A DNA stretch of 64,000 nucleotides from a virus. The position numbers and the translations under genes are program-made. The number at the start of each line of letters is the position of its first letter. The stretch's first letter is position 1. The notes beneath the pieces were generated by a model. It was not told the origin of the DNA. It searched no databases and saw only the letters and a list, made by a program, of their open reading frames with translations. The stretch is taken from IMG/VR virus record IMGVR_UViG_3300021440_000017, positions 523 to 64,522 of that record; one strand, written 5' to 3'. Below are positions 63,665 through 64,000 of this stretch, piece after piece.

Positions 63665-64000
63665 AGAAAGCTCTGTGCGTCTTCGCGCATCCTGATGACT
63701 CGTTCCTCTTCGCGCACAACATCAGACGCAGCACCCCTGATGTCGAGTGGTTCGATCTGTGCCTCACGTACCGTGCAGATCAGCGCAGAGGTCGAGAGTT
63801 CGTACAGGCCTGCGCCATCATGGAATCGCAGCCGTTGCTAGCGGGGCTCATCGACAACGTGTATGAGACGCCAGCACCGAGCGTGTACCAAGAGGCAGTA
63901 ACGCATACCCTGGGTACCGCAGGCTTGACCTTGGATGACTTCACTACGGTGGTCACGCACAATCCAGTTGGCGAGTACGGGCATGGTCATCACAAAGCTG
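63661..64000 (+). CDS. PIG-L/LmbE family de-N-acetylase, runs off window end
   Basis: LCVFAHPDD and VVTHNPVGEYGHGHH; not in ORF track. Confidence 0.85.
   Translation, partial: MKKALCVFAHPDDSFLFAHNIRRSTPDVEWFDLCLTYRADQRRGREFVQACAIMESQPLLAGLIDNVYETPAPSVYQEAVTHTLGTAGLTLDDFTTVVTHNPVGEYGHGHHKA

Overview
The window is part of a large, GC-rich, contractile-tailed (myovirus, probably jumbo-type) phage genome. No integrase, transposase, rRNA or CRISPR array was seen. Left half (1-29421, almost all minus strand): densely packed small early/middle genes. Recognisable ones are tRNA-Thr(TGT), a DEDDh exonuclease, ClpS, a 2OG-Fe(II) oxygenase, an AP2-like protein, a GNAT, an exported serine hydrolase, an SF2 helicase with an SEAH Walker B, a Prs-like + Nampt-like pair (NARP1-type NAD+ reconstitution), a PcfJ-like protein and a PC4-like protein. 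Four sigma70-type promoters drive this region. Each is followed by a conserved 5' leader with a covarying stem and an invariant AACTTGGA motif that ends at the Shine-Dalgarno. Right half (29816-51074, plus strand): head, tail sheath and tube, tail chaperone(s), tape measure with a GH19 domain, baseplate and short fibre-associated genes. Two blocks of tailoring enzymes follow. Block 51080-58017 holds three 2OG oxygenases, a GNAT-like protein, a PP-loop protein, a fatty-acid desaturase and a radical SAM enzyme. Block 59231-64000 holds a PurD-like ATP-grasp ligase, three GNAT-fold proteins, a SAM methyltransferase and a PIG-L deacetylase. A holin-like pair lies between the blocks. All calls come from motif recognition by eye; no database search was run.
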